NCBI GenBank assembly: GCA_003509545.1
Contig: DOLC01000002.1
Coordinates: 21,306-85,305 of the forward strand
Length of the DNA: 64,000 nucleotides
DNA from: Peptococcaceae bacterium
GTDB lineage: Bacteria > Bacillota > DSM-521 > Neomoorellales > Neomoorellaceae
Direction: 5' to 3'
The notes beneath the pieces are model-generated. The model searched no databases. It was given only the letters and a program-made list of their open reading frames with translations, and had not been told where the DNA came from. A program made the translations under genes and the position numbers. Shown here in pieces: positions 52,297 through 61,031 of this stretch. Each line of letters starts with the position of its first letter. Position 1 is the stretch's first letter.

Positions 52297-52763
52297 GAAG
52301 GAGGGCGATGGTTTTCTAATTCCTGGATTCCCTGTCTCACCCGGACCAGAACGTCGCTGAGATGCCCTTCCAGACTCTTCAATACCTCACCGGCATAGGC
52401 CACGGCACCTGCTTTAAGCTCAGCCGCCGTATGGCGGGCTTTCGACGTAATCTCCCCCGCCTGGGCCCTGGCCTGCCTGACGATTTCCGTTTCCTGGGCC
52501 AGGAGCCGGGCCTTCTCCTCCGCTTCCGCCACCAGCCTTTCGGCCTGCCTTCGGGCCTCCTCCAGAAGGCGGTCCTTTTCCTGCCGTATCCATTGGGCCT
52601 GCCGGAGCTCTTCGGGTAGCAAGGTCCTCAGGCGATCCAGATAATCCAGGATAAGGTCCCCGTCCACAAAAACGCGGTCGGTAAAGGGTATCCGCGGCGC
52701 CTTCTCCAAGATCCGTTCCAGTTCCTCGATGACCTCCATTACCTTCACTCTAGCTACCCCCAT
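52284..52763 (-). CDS. Conserved coiled-coil protein (ATP synthase subunit B/H-like, usually follows coaD)
   Basis: LE..A.RIPF...LP.EL.QA pattern with heptad repeats. Confidence 0.75.
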   Translation of the reverse strand: MGVARVKVMEVIEELERILEKAPRIPFTDRVFVDGDLILDYLDRLRTLLPEELRQAQWIRQEKDRLLEEARRQAERLVAEAEEKARLLAQETEIVRQARAQAGEITSKARHTAAELKAGAVAYAGEVLKSLEGHLSDVLVRVRQGIQELENHRPPSQDQ

Positions 52764-53301
52764 GCTCTTTTTGGTAAAGGTTTAGCACGGAATCCCCGTA
52801 CCGCCGGCTCGCCCGCAGGGCGACTCCCGCCGGCCTGGGAACGACTTCCCTCCTCCCGGTCTCCAAAACTATCCACCCCTCGTGGGCCAATAAAGGGACG
52901 AAGAAAGGCAGAACCCTTTCCCCTAAGCCCTGGCCGTAAGGCGGGTCCAGGAAGATAAAATCAAAACGTTCCCTATTTCTCGCCAACCGGTCGGCGGCCT
53001 GCAGTACGTCCAAGGGTAGTACCTTAGCACGGCTGTCGAAGCCGGTCAGCCGCAAGTTGTCCCTTAAGGCCTTCAACGCCAGGGGATCCTTTTCAATAAA
53101 GGCCGCCCTGCTGGCCCCCCTGCTCAAGGCCTCAAGGCCCACGGCCCCGGAGCCCGCGAACACATCTAAGAATGACTTCTCCTCGACCTGCAAAATGTTA
53201 AAAAGCGCCTCCCGCAGGCGGTCGGAAGTGGGCCGGGTATTCCTTCCCGGCGGTACCTTGAGGCGCCTGCCGCGCGCCGTACCGGAGATAATGCGTACCA
53301 T
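52750..53301 (-). CDS. rsmD: 16S rRNA m2G966 methyltransferase
   Basis: RIISG, TRPTSDR, FAGSG, EALSRGA, DPPY. Confidence 0.95.
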   Translation of the reverse strand: MVRIISGTARGRRLKVPPGRNTRPTSDRLREALFNILQVEEKSFLDVFAGSGAVGLEALSRGASRAAFIEKDPLALKALRDNLRLTGFDSRAKVLPLDVLQAADRLARNRERFDFIFLDPPYGQGLGERVLPFFVPLLAHEGWIVLETGRREVVPRPAGVALRASRRYGDSVLNLYQKEHGGS

Positions 53302-53431
53302 AATTGATCCCTGGGCGTATTATAACACAACTGTAGACCTTTTTCCCTTTTTTCTGCCTTGGTTTGGCTAGAAAGAAAAATTTTTTCGCGCCCCACGTAT
53401 AAATAAGCGCGGGACAACCCCATAATATATA

Positions 53432-53577
53432 CTGGTAAATGCAATTTACCAGAAGAGCTTAGGGTTATCTCATTAACCCTCCCCCATGAGCTCTTCCTCC
53501 GGTTTCTCCTCTCCCAGGCCGCCGGCTACCCACCGGCGGCCCCGACTCATACCGCCCCTCAAGGGGCGGTCTTTTTT
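53432..53577 (+). ncRNA. CsfG-like sporulation small RNA
   Basis: ~145 nt, divergent from rsmD(ylbH); GTATA..CATAATA promoter, stacked hairpins, C/U-rich loops, strong terminator. Confidence 0.65.
53551..53577 (+). terminator. Rho-independent terminator of the sRNA
   Basis: ACCGCCCCT-CA-AGGGGCGGT-CTTTTTT. Confidence 0.85.
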
Positions 53578-53617
53578 GCTCTTGTGCCGGTCACCTCTAT
53601 ACCCGGCACATTTTATG

Positions 53618-53753
53618 TGATATACTTATGTAGTAACTATAGAGTACCAACCCCCTATAACCGTACGATTACCGAGAGGGAGAAGAGGGGAGCTTAGCCG
53701 AGTAGAGAAACGCCAGATATCACGCGCCGGGCTCCTGCCCGGCCTTTATTTTT
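53618..53753 (+). promoter_or_regulatory. Attenuator/riboswitch-like 5' leader of iorAB-paaK
   Basis: TG-A-TATACT -10; terminator 53726-53753; alternative helix 53688-53698 with 53726-53736. Confidence 0.6.
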
Positions 53754-53773
53754 GTGAGGGGAGAAAACGGTCC

Positions 53774-55531
53774 ATGAAAATGTTGCTCATGGGGAACGAA
53801 GCCATCGCCCGCGGGGCCGTGGAGGCCGGGATCCATGTGGCCACTTCTTACCCGGGCACCCCGGCCTCGGAGGTCTTCGCCACCCTGGCCCGCTACGCGC
53901 CGGAGTTGGGGTTTTACGCCGAATGGTCCGTCAACGAAAAGGTGGCCGTTGAGCTGGCCGCTGGAGCGGCGTATGCCGGCGGCCGCGCCATAGTTTCCAT
54001 GAAACAAATGGGCCTCAACGTGGCCTCCGACGCGGTCATGAGCCTGGCCTATATCGGCGTCAAGGGAGGTCTGGTCCTGGTAGTTGCCGACGACCCGGGC
54101 CCCCATAGCTCCCAGACGGAGCAGGATACCCGTTTGTTCGCCCGTTTCGCCGGCCTGCCGGTCCTGGACCCGTCGTCCCCCGCCGAAGCCTATACCATGA
54201 CCAAATACGCCTTTGATCTTTCCGAGGAACTGGGGCTCCCCGTGATCCTGCGCCCTACCACCCGCTGCTGCCATGCCTGCCAGGATGTCGAGGTGGGAAG
54301 CCTTCTACCACCCCGCCCCGTTCCCGGGTTCACCCGAAGCCCCGACTGGGTCATCCTCCCGTCCTTGTCGGCCCGCAAACACCGTTGGTTGGTTGAACAA
54401 GAGGAGAGGGCCCGGCTCCTCTTCAACGAATCGCCCTTCAATACCGCCACCCTGGAAGGCCGCACGGGGGTGATCACCGGCGGGGTTTCCTACGGGTATG
54501 TGGTGGAAACCATGGACCAGTTGGGTGTTAGGCTTTCCTTATTGAAAATCGGTACCCCCTATCCGCTACCCCAGGAAAAGGTGGTGGAGTTCCTGGCCCA
54601 CCTGGACCAGGTCCTCATCGTAGAGGAACAGGAACCGGTTATTGAAGAACAGGTCATCCGCCTGGCGTGGCGCCAGCTCATCCCCTGTCATATCTCCGGA
54701 AAGCACGACAATTTTCTGCCCCGTACGGGGGAGTTCAACGTAGACATCGTACGCTCGGCCCTGGCCCGTTTTCTGGGGATGAAATCGACCCCGGCGTCCG
54801 TCCCGGCTCCCCCGGAGTTGCCCCAGAGGGCCCCTACCCTGTGCGCGGGCTGTCCCCACCGGGGATCCTTTTACGCCTTTAAGCGGGCGGCCCGGGGCCG
54901 AGACGTCATTTTTGCAGGGGACATCGGCTGTTATACCCTGGGAGCAGCTCCTCCCCTCAAGGCCCTCGATACCTGCCTGTGTATGGGAGCCAGCTTGGGG
55001 CTCGCTCAGGGTCTGGCCCGGACAGAGCCCCAACGCCGGGTCGTGGCCTTTATCGGCGACTCCACCTTCTTCCATGCCGGACTCCCCGCCCTGGCCAATA
55101 TAGCCTATCACCGGGCTCCTGTCACCATAGCCGTCCTGGACAACGGCACCACGGCCATGACCGGTCACCAGCCCCACCCCGGCCTGGCCCTGGACCTCGC
55201 GGCCGTGGCCCGGGCTTGGGGCATCACGTGCGTCTTGGAAGCCGATCCTTATAACCTGGAGGCCACCGTCCGGGCCGCTTCCCGGGCCCTGGCCGAACCG
55301 GGGCCTTCCCTGGTCCTCCTCCGCCGGTCCTGCCCCCAACTGACCGCTTCCGACCGCTGTTGTACCGTAGATCCTTCCCTGTGTACCGGCTGCGGTTTGT
55401 GTCTCGAGGAACTAGGATGCCCGGCCATGTCCTGGGAGAAGGACCACGTAACCATCGGCCCTAACTGCAACGGCTGCGGCCTGTGTGCTCAGATCTGTCC
55501 TGCAGGAGCCCTTCGGGAGGTGCGAAAATGA
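53774..55531 (+). CDS. iorA: Indolepyruvate:ferredoxin oxidoreductase alpha subunit
   Basis: GNEAIARG, YPGTP, NEKVA, CAGCPHR, GDIGCY, GDSTF, two 4Fe-4S motifs. Confidence 0.94.
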   Translation: MKMLLMGNEAIARGAVEAGIHVATSYPGTPASEVFATLARYAPELGFYAEWSVNEKVAVELAAGAAYAGGRAIVSMKQMGLNVASDAVMSLAYIGVKGGLVLVVADDPGPHSSQTEQDTRLFARFAGLPVLDPSSPAEAYTMTKYAFDLSEELGLPVILRPTTRCCHACQDVEVGSLLPPRPVPGFTRSPDWVILPSLSARKHRWLVEQEERARLLFNESPFNTATLEGRTGVITGGVSYGYVVETMDQLGVRLSLLKIGTPYPLPQEKVVEFLAHLDQVLIVEEQEPVIEEQVIRLAWRQLIPCHISGKHDNFLPRTGEFNVDIVRSALARFLGMKSTPASVPAPPELPQRAPTLCAGCPHRGSFYAFKRAARGRDVIFAGDIGCYTLGAAPPLKALDTCLCMGASLGLAQGLARTEPQRRVVAFIGDSTFFHAGLPALANIAYHRAPVTIAVLDNGTTAMTGHQPHPGLALDLAAVARAWGITCVLEADPYNLEATVRAASRALAEPGPSLVLLRRSCPQLTASDRCCTVDPSLCTGCGLCLEELGCPAMSWEKDHVTIGPNCNGCGLCAQICPAGALREVRK

Positions 55532-56115
55532 ATATCATCATTGCCGGCGTAGGAGGGCAGGGAATTATCCTGGCCTCCCGGGCCCTGGCCGAAGCCGCCC
55601 TAGAGGCGGGCCTTGCGGTACGCACGGCCGAAACTATAGGGATGGCCCAGCGGGAAGGGGCGGTGGTCAGCCACGTAAGGATAGGCCTGCCCGACTACGG
55701 TCCCTTAATACCCCGGGCCACGGCGGACATCCTGCTAGCCTTCGAGCCGGGAGAGGCCGCCCGCCACCTTGCCTGCCTCCGGAAAGGAGGTTCCGCCGTC
55801 GTCGCGACCAGCCCCGTTATGCCCGTCTCCGTATCCCTCGGAGCTTCTGCCTACGATGTGGATGCCGTTCTCCGCTTCCTGGAGGGGGCCGTGGAACACC
55901 CCTATTTCCTGGACGCTGCCGCCCTGGCCCGTGAGGCGGGAAGCATAAAAGCCCTCAACATGGTAATGCTGGGCGCCCTTTCCCGGCTGGATCTGCCCGT
56001 GGGAGAACAAAACCTTTTGGAAGCCGCCCTCAAACTGTTGCCTCCCCAAACAGAAACCGTAAATCGGCGGGCCTTTGCCCTGGGCCGGCAGGCACTGGAG
56101 GGACTGGAGAAATGA
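55528..56115 (+). CDS. iorB: Indolepyruvate oxidoreductase beta subunit
   Basis: GVGGQG, GMAQREGAV.SHVR, NMVMLGA. Confidence 0.93.
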   Translation: MNIIIAGVGGQGIILASRALAEAALEAGLAVRTAETIGMAQREGAVVSHVRIGLPDYGPLIPRATADILLAFEPGEAARHLACLRKGGSAVVATSPVMPVSVSLGASAYDVDAVLRFLEGAVEHPYFLDAAALAREAGSIKALNMVMLGALSRLDLPVGEQNLLEAALKLLPPQTETVNRRAFALGRQALEGLEK

Positions 56116-57374
56116 GCCGCCCTTTTGACTATGAAGCCCTTTACCGGGAACAAGAACAAAAACTACCCGCCTTTATACAAAACCTTTACCAGCGTTCGCC
56201 CTTTTACCGGCAAAAATTGAAGGCAGCCGGGGTGCAACCCGAAGACGTGCGAACCCTGGAGGACCTGTCCCGCCTCCCCTTCACCGACAAACACGAGCTA
56301 CGGGACGCCTATCCCCTGGGGCTGGCAGCAGTCCCCGAAGAACAAATCGTCCGCATCCACTCTTCCTCGGGAACCACGGGCAAGCCTATCGTAATTCCCT
56401 ATACCGCCCGGGACGTGGCCCTGTGGGCCGAAATGATGGCCCGCTGCTTCCGGACGGCCGGGGTGGAAGCTCGGGACAGGGTACAGATTACGCCGGGATA
56501 CGGACTGTGGACGGCGGGCATCGGCTTCCAGGCGGGAGTGGAGAGGCTGGGAGCCATGGCCATCCCCACCGGCGCCGGCAACACCGAAAAACAGCTGGAA
56601 ATGATGGAGGACCTCAAAACCACGGTGCTGGTGGCCACCGCCTCTTACGGGCTTCTCCTGGCCGAAGAAATAGGGCGCCGGGGGCTTAGGCCGAAGCTCC
56701 ACCTGCGCCTGGGGATTTTCGGCTCGGAACGCTGGGGGGAAAAAATGCGTCAGCGCATCCAAGAAATCCTGGAAATTGACACCTTTGATATATACGGGCT
56801 CACCGAAATCTACGGCCCGGGCATCGGCATAGACTGCCCGGCCCATGAAGGCATCCACATGTGGACGGACCACTTGTTGCTGGAAATCATCGATCCCGGC
56901 ACCGGCCGACAGCTACCCCCCGGAGAGGAAGGAGAGCTGGTCATTACTACCCTGACTAAGGAGGGAGCGCCCCTCCTGCGTTACCGTACCCACGACCTTA
57001 CCAGGCTTAAGAAGGAGGCCTGCTCCTGCGGCTCCCCCTTCCCCCTTATGGACCGCATTTTGGGCCGAACCGATGATATGGTAAAGGTCAAGGGAGTTAA
57101 TATCTACCCGGGCCAAATAGACCACATCTTATACCTGACGCCCGGGGCCAGCAGCGAATACCAAATCATCCTGCGTCGCGACCGGGGAAAGGACGACATA
57201 GAAATCGTCTTCGAATGCGAGCCCGGCGCCGATGCCGCCACCGTGGCCGCCCAATGCCGCCATTTGATTAAAACCAAAATAGGGGTCACCGCCCGGGTGA
57301 CGGCCGTGCCCCAAGGGAGCTTACCGCGCAGTGAGAAAAAAACGCGGCGCATTTTAGACTACCGCGAGGGATAA
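56112..57374 (+). CDS. paaK: Phenylacetate-CoA ligase family protein
   Basis: HSSSGTTGKP, YGLTEIYGPG, LRYRTHD, GRTDDM..KGVN. Confidence 0.9.
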   Translation: MSRPFDYEALYREQEQKLPAFIQNLYQRSPFYRQKLKAAGVQPEDVRTLEDLSRLPFTDKHELRDAYPLGLAAVPEEQIVRIHSSSGTTGKPIVIPYTARDVALWAEMMARCFRTAGVEARDRVQITPGYGLWTAGIGFQAGVERLGAMAIPTGAGNTEKQLEMMEDLKTTVLVATASYGLLLAEEIGRRGLRPKLHLRLGIFGSERWGEKMRQRIQEILEIDTFDIYGLTEIYGPGIGIDCPAHEGIHMWTDHLLLEIIDPGTGRQLPPGEEGELVITTLTKEGAPLLRYRTHDLTRLKKEACSCGSPFPLMDRILGRTDDMVKVKGVNIYPGQIDHILYLTPGASSEYQIILRRDRGKDDIEIVFECEPGADAATVAAQCRHLIKTKIGVTARVTAVPQGSLPRSEKKTRRILDYREG

Positions 57375-58414
57375 TAGCCGCCTTTGCCGAAGGGGCACGC
57401 GGGGTAGCGGCACTCGGGACATTCCAGACAAAGGCCGCCGGCCGCCATGCCGGCGATATCCCCCCTGGTGAGGCGCTCGCCGATCAAGATCCGGGCCAGC
57501 ACCAGATCGAAAATAGTCGCCCGGTAGTACATGACGCATCCCGGCAGCCCCACCAGGGGGATACCGTTGAGATAGGCCAGCATGAACATGGCGCCCGGTA
57601 AAACAGGGGCACCGTAGGTAACCACTTCCGCCCCGCTCATACGTATCCCTACGGGAGTAACATCGTCCGGGTCTACCGACATACCCCCGGTTAAGAGGAT
57701 TAAATCCAAGTTATGCCCGGCCATTTCCAGGATGGAACGGCTTATGATTTCCGCATCATCGGGCACAATCTTTTCTTCCACTACCCCGGACCCGTACTGG
57801 GCCAGCTTGGCCCGGACTACGGGGCCGAAGGCATCCTTTATCCGTCCCGTGTAAATTTCGTTTCCGGTGGTGATGAGACCCGCCCTCACGGGCCGGAAGG
57901 CCACCACCTTAAGGATGCCTCCCGCTTCCCTACAGATCCCCTCGACCCTCTCTACCACCTCCCTCTTAGTTACCAGAGGGATGAGGCGGGTTCCCGCTAC
58001 CACTTGCCCTTCCTTAACGGGATAATTGTTGTGCAGGGTAGCCAAAATTACCTCTCCTACCTGGTTGACCTCCCGAAGGGCGGCAAGATTTATCTTGAGC
58101 AGGCCGGGCCGGCGGGCTATGAGGCTCACCTTTCCTTCCTTTGGCTCGGTCAGCTCTATCCCGTGGTCCTCCAGGGCCAGGGAGGCCCGGGCCAGCCTCA
58201 AAGCCGCTTCATCCTCGTGGATATCGTCGGGCCCGAGCTCCAAAACATACAGGTGCTCCTTCCCCATCTGAAGAAGCTCGGGGATATCCTCCGGCCGGAT
58301 GATGTGACCCTTCTTGAAGCGACGGCCTTTAAATTGCCCCGGAACTATTTTGGTGAGATCATGGGCCAGAACTCGGCCGATACTGTCTTCTACTCTGATC
58401 TTTTTCACAGGCAT
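57359..58414 (-). CDS. Molybdopterin-binding protein (MoeA-like)
   Basis: LAHDLT..FKKGH, TTGNE, TGGMSVDPDD, PVLPG, GGLCLEC..C..CPFG. Confidence 0.85.
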   Translation of the reverse strand: MPVKKIRVEDSIGRVLAHDLTKIVPGQFKGRRFKKGHIIRPEDIPELLQMGKEHLYVLELGPDDIHEDEAALRLARASLALEDHGIELTEPKEGKVSLIARRPGLLKINLAALREVNQVGEVILATLHNNYPVKEGQVVAGTRLIPLVTKREVVERVEGICREAGGILKVVAFRPVRAGLITTGNEIYTGRIKDAFGPVVRAKLAQYGSGVVEEKIVPDDAEIISRSILEMAGHNLDLILLTGGMSVDPDDVTPVGIRMSGAEVVTYGAPVLPGAMFMLAYLNGIPLVGLPGCVMYYRATIFDLVLARILIGERLTRGDIAGMAAGGLCLECPECRYPACPFGKGGYYPSR

Positions 58415-58436
58415 TCCCCCCTGTGTTATGTATGTT

Positions 58437-58463
58437 ATTCGACGTTGCTCAACTAATGCCTGC
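58437..58463 (-). promoter_or_regulatory. Putative sigma-H promoter
   Basis: GCAGGCATT-N11-GTCGAAT. Confidence 0.45.
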
Positions 58464-58590
58464 TGTATAAAGCAGAATTTTAATCCGAGGAATCAAGAAA
58501 CACCCCAAAAACACAGAAAGCCACCACTTTGGGTGGCTTCCCCCTGACCTTCTTCTATCGGCCGCCTATACCTCCCGCCGCCCCGTTAGA

Positions 58591-58776
58591 TCAAACCAAA
58601 CGGATGGCGTTTAGGGGGCAGAAGGCAAGGCAGCGTCCGCAACCTAGGCAACCCGGTCCCACAAAATAAGGACCCTCTTCTTCCCTGAAAATGGCTCCGG
58701 CCGGGCAATGGGCCCGGGGAGGGCAGTCGGCTGCCCCGTCACACCGGGCGGCATCGATAAAGGCCTGTCGCCCCAC
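58591..58776 (-). CDS. Small 4Fe-4S ferredoxin
   Basis: CDGAADC....CP and CLGCGRCLAFCP; GGAGG RBS. Confidence 0.85.
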   Translation of the reverse strand: MGRQAFIDAARCDGAADCPPRAHCPAGAIFREEEGPYFVGPGCLGCGRCLAFCPLNAIRLV

Positions 58777-58788
58777 GGAACCGGCCTC

Positions 58789-59115
58789 CTAAAGAAGGGA
58801 ATCGAGGTTTTCCTTTAACTTGTCCTTAGGCATATAGCCCACCAGGCGGCCTGCCTCCTCCCCGTCTTTGAAAACGATCAAGGTGGGAATACTCATAATG
58901 CCGTAGCTGGAGGCTATTTCCGGGTTTTCATCCACATTTATCTTTACGAATTTGATCTGGCCGTCGTACTCCCCGGCGAGCTGTTCGAGGACAGGTCCCA
59001 TCATCCGGCAAGGGCCGCACCAGGCCGCCCAAAAATCCACCACCACCGGCTGGGGCGCCGTCAAAACCTCGGCCTCGAACTCCTTCTGATCGATGTTAAT
59101 AACCTGACCGGCCAT
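58789..59115 (-). CDS. trxA: Thioredoxin
   Basis: DFWAAWCGPC, SIPTL. Confidence 0.96.
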   Translation of the reverse strand: MAGQVINIDQKEFEAEVLTAPQPVVVDFWAAWCGPCRMMGPVLEQLAGEYDGQIKFVKINVDENPEIASSYGIMSIPTLIVFKDGEEAGRLVGYMPKDKLKENLDSLL

Positions 59116-59148
59116 GACTTTTGTTCCTCCCCCCTAGATGCTTTAGTT

Positions 59149-59430
59149 TTAGAAAGACACACCCTCTACCACCAGCTGCTTGAAAGGCCCGAAGCCTACG
59201 AGATCAATATCAATGGCCTCGGCAGCCGGCTTAATCCCTTTCTGGACGTAAACCTGCAGACCGTCAACCTGCTCTAAACGATAACGGCTGGTATCCTGCG
59301 GAGCACCCGCGAGCACGGCAGGGCGATAGGTGATCCCCGCTCAACCGCCGCTCATTACCATTCTGATAGTAACGACCCCGGTTTTCCCCTTGATGTATTC
59401 CTCTGCCTTGGGAGAAATCCGAATGCGCAT
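59149..59430 (-). CDS. Putative selenoprotein (HesB-like / CC-Se motif family, in-frame UGA; not in ORF track)
   Basis: MRIRISPKAEEYIKGKTGVVTIRMVMSGG-U-AGITYRPAVLAGAP...QVYV...LVVEGVSF, 93 aa; UGA at 59341-59343. Confidence 0.8.
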
Positions 59431-59454
59431 CTCCTCGCCCCCCTTCACGTTGGG

Positions 59455-59483
59455 ATTATACTATAGATGTATTTCGCTGTCAA
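59455..59483 (-). promoter_or_regulatory. Consensus sigma-A promoter of the selenoprotein-trxA-ferredoxin operon
   Basis: TTGACA-N17-TATAAT. Confidence 0.85.
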
Positions 59484-59598
59484 TAAACCATCCTACACAA
59501 TAATTCAATTCAACGTAAAAATAAAGTTTCCCTGCTCACGTATATTTTTTTTCCTTTTGCATAACCTATTGCAGGAAATTCAAGGGGGGAAAGGGGTC

Positions 59599-60555
59599 TT
59601 GGACCGCTATCGTTTTTACCAGATATGCGGCATAACTTCGGACCTGGCCATGGAGGCCCACGCCCTCCTGAGGGGGGCCACGCGCCAGGAAGTACCCGGG
59701 GTGAAGGAAGAAAAAGAAAGCCATCCCCAGGCCCAGGTCTCTATTATCACCATCTTCAACGAAGCAGGCGCCCGGGCATTAGGCAAACCCCAGGGTACAT
59801 ATATCACCATCGAGGCCCCCTCTTTACTCGTGGCCGATCCCCCGGCCCACGAAGCCGTCGCCCGGCTAGTGGGCGAAAAACTTTCCTCCCTCCTGGCCTC
59901 CCTACAAGTGGGCCCTACGGATCCCGTTTTAGTGGTCGGGCTCGGAAACTGGCAGGCTACTCCCGACTCCCTGGGGCCCAAAGTGGTGGGGGATTTCACC
60001 GTAACCCGTCACCTGTGCAAGTACGCCCCCCAGAGCCTGCCCCCGGGCAGCCGGCCGGTAAGCGCACTGGCACCGGGGGTCCTGGGAACCACCGGTATAG
60101 AAACGGCCGAGATAATCCGCGGTGTGGTGGACCGCACCCAACCCAAGGCGGTAATAGCCATCGATGCCCTGGCGGCCACGGACCTGCGGCGCATCGGCAC
60201 CAGCATCCAGATTACCAATACGGGTATTAGCCCCGGTTCCGGGGTAGGTAAACAGCGGGCGGCCATCAACAGGCAAACAATGGGGGTTCCGGTGGTGGCC
60301 GTAGGAATACCCACCGTGGTCCCAGCGGCCACTATAATCTACGAAACTTTATCCCAGGGGGCAGCCCTTTTCCCAGGCATAGACGGTTCACAGCTTGTGC
60401 AAAAGATCCTGCAGCCCTTCGGGGGCAATCTGACGGTCACCCCTAAAGAGATAGACGATCTTATCGCCAATCTGGCATGGGTGGTCGGAGCAGCTCTAAA
60501 CCAAAGCCTCCATACTACCCTTTTACAGACCAGAACCGCCCTCCCCCTCCATTAA
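59599..60555 (+). CDS. gpr: Germination protease (GPR endopeptidase)
   Basis: DLAMEA, VGLGN..TPDSLGP, PGVLGTTGIET, IDALA, LTVTPKEID. Confidence 0.93.
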   Translation: MDRYRFYQICGITSDLAMEAHALLRGATRQEVPGVKEEKESHPQAQVSIITIFNEAGARALGKPQGTYITIEAPSLLVADPPAHEAVARLVGEKLSSLLASLQVGPTDPVLVVGLGNWQATPDSLGPKVVGDFTVTRHLCKYAPQSLPPGSRPVSALAPGVLGTTGIETAEIIRGVVDRTQPKAVIAIDALAATDLRRIGTSIQITNTGISPGSGVGKQRAAINRQTMGVPVVAVGIPTVVPAATIIYETLSQGAALFPGIDGSQLVQKILQPFGGNLTVTPKEIDDLIANLAWVVGAALNQSLHTTLLQTRTALPLH

Positions 60556-60558
60556 TAC

Positions 60559-60585
60559 AAAAAAGGGCGGGAAGAACCCCGCCCT
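60559..60585 (-). terminator. Terminator after SASP gene
   Basis: AGGGCGGG..CCCGCCCT followed by T-tract on the minus strand. Confidence 0.65.
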
Positions 60586-60605
60586 CCGCAGGAAAAGAAG
60601 ACGCC

Positions 60606-60998
60606 TTAACCTATGGTCCCCGCACCGGCCGGGCCGCCGACCAGACCGGTCGACTGGGCGTTGTACTGCTGGGCATTGATATTCAACTTCTGGCCACCGG
60701 TAGTGAAAGCAGGATTGGGCCCGCTAATGCGGCCGGTCACCTGCTCGGCAGCACCGATTTCCACATCGCCACCAAGGCCACCGCCTGCGGCGGTCCCGGT
60801 CAGCGTTTGCTCATAGGCGGCGATCATCTTTTTCACCATGAGCCCTCCGACCGAACCGTTAACCTTGGAGGGGAGATCGCCGAGGTAGCCGGAGTAGTTG
60901 GAGATCCCCAGCTCGCTGGCTACTTCCTGCTTAAACCGCTCCATCTGGGCCCGCGCCTGGGGGATCAGTAGACGGTTGGTCCTACCTCCGCGCGGCAT
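60606..60998 (-). CDS. Alpha/beta-type small acid-soluble spore protein with C-terminal extension
   Basis: N.LLIPQA..FKQEVASELG..NGSVGGLMVKKMI. Confidence 0.9.
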   Translation of the reverse strand: MPRGGRTNRLLIPQARAQMERFKQEVASELGISNYSGYLGDLPSKVNGSVGGLMVKKMIAAYEQTLTGTAAGGGLGGDVEIGAAEQVTGRISGPNPAFTTGGQKLNINAQQYNAQSTGLVGGPAGAGTIG

Positions 60999-61031
60999 CT
61001 TTCTTCACCTCCTTCTCCTTTAATCTAGTTC

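Noticed and set aside
53630..53705. Lysine riboswitch or T-box in the iorA leader
   Set aside because: AGAGUA and AGGGGAGC..GCCGA loosely echo lysine riboswitch P2, but the leader is too short for P3-P5 and has no UGGN-ACC T-box bulge.
59149..59430. Nonsense-mutation pseudogene
   Set aside because: A single UGA in a GG-x-AG context, an intact promoter/RBS and a downstream hairpin favour selenocysteine; not fully excluded without seeing sel genes.
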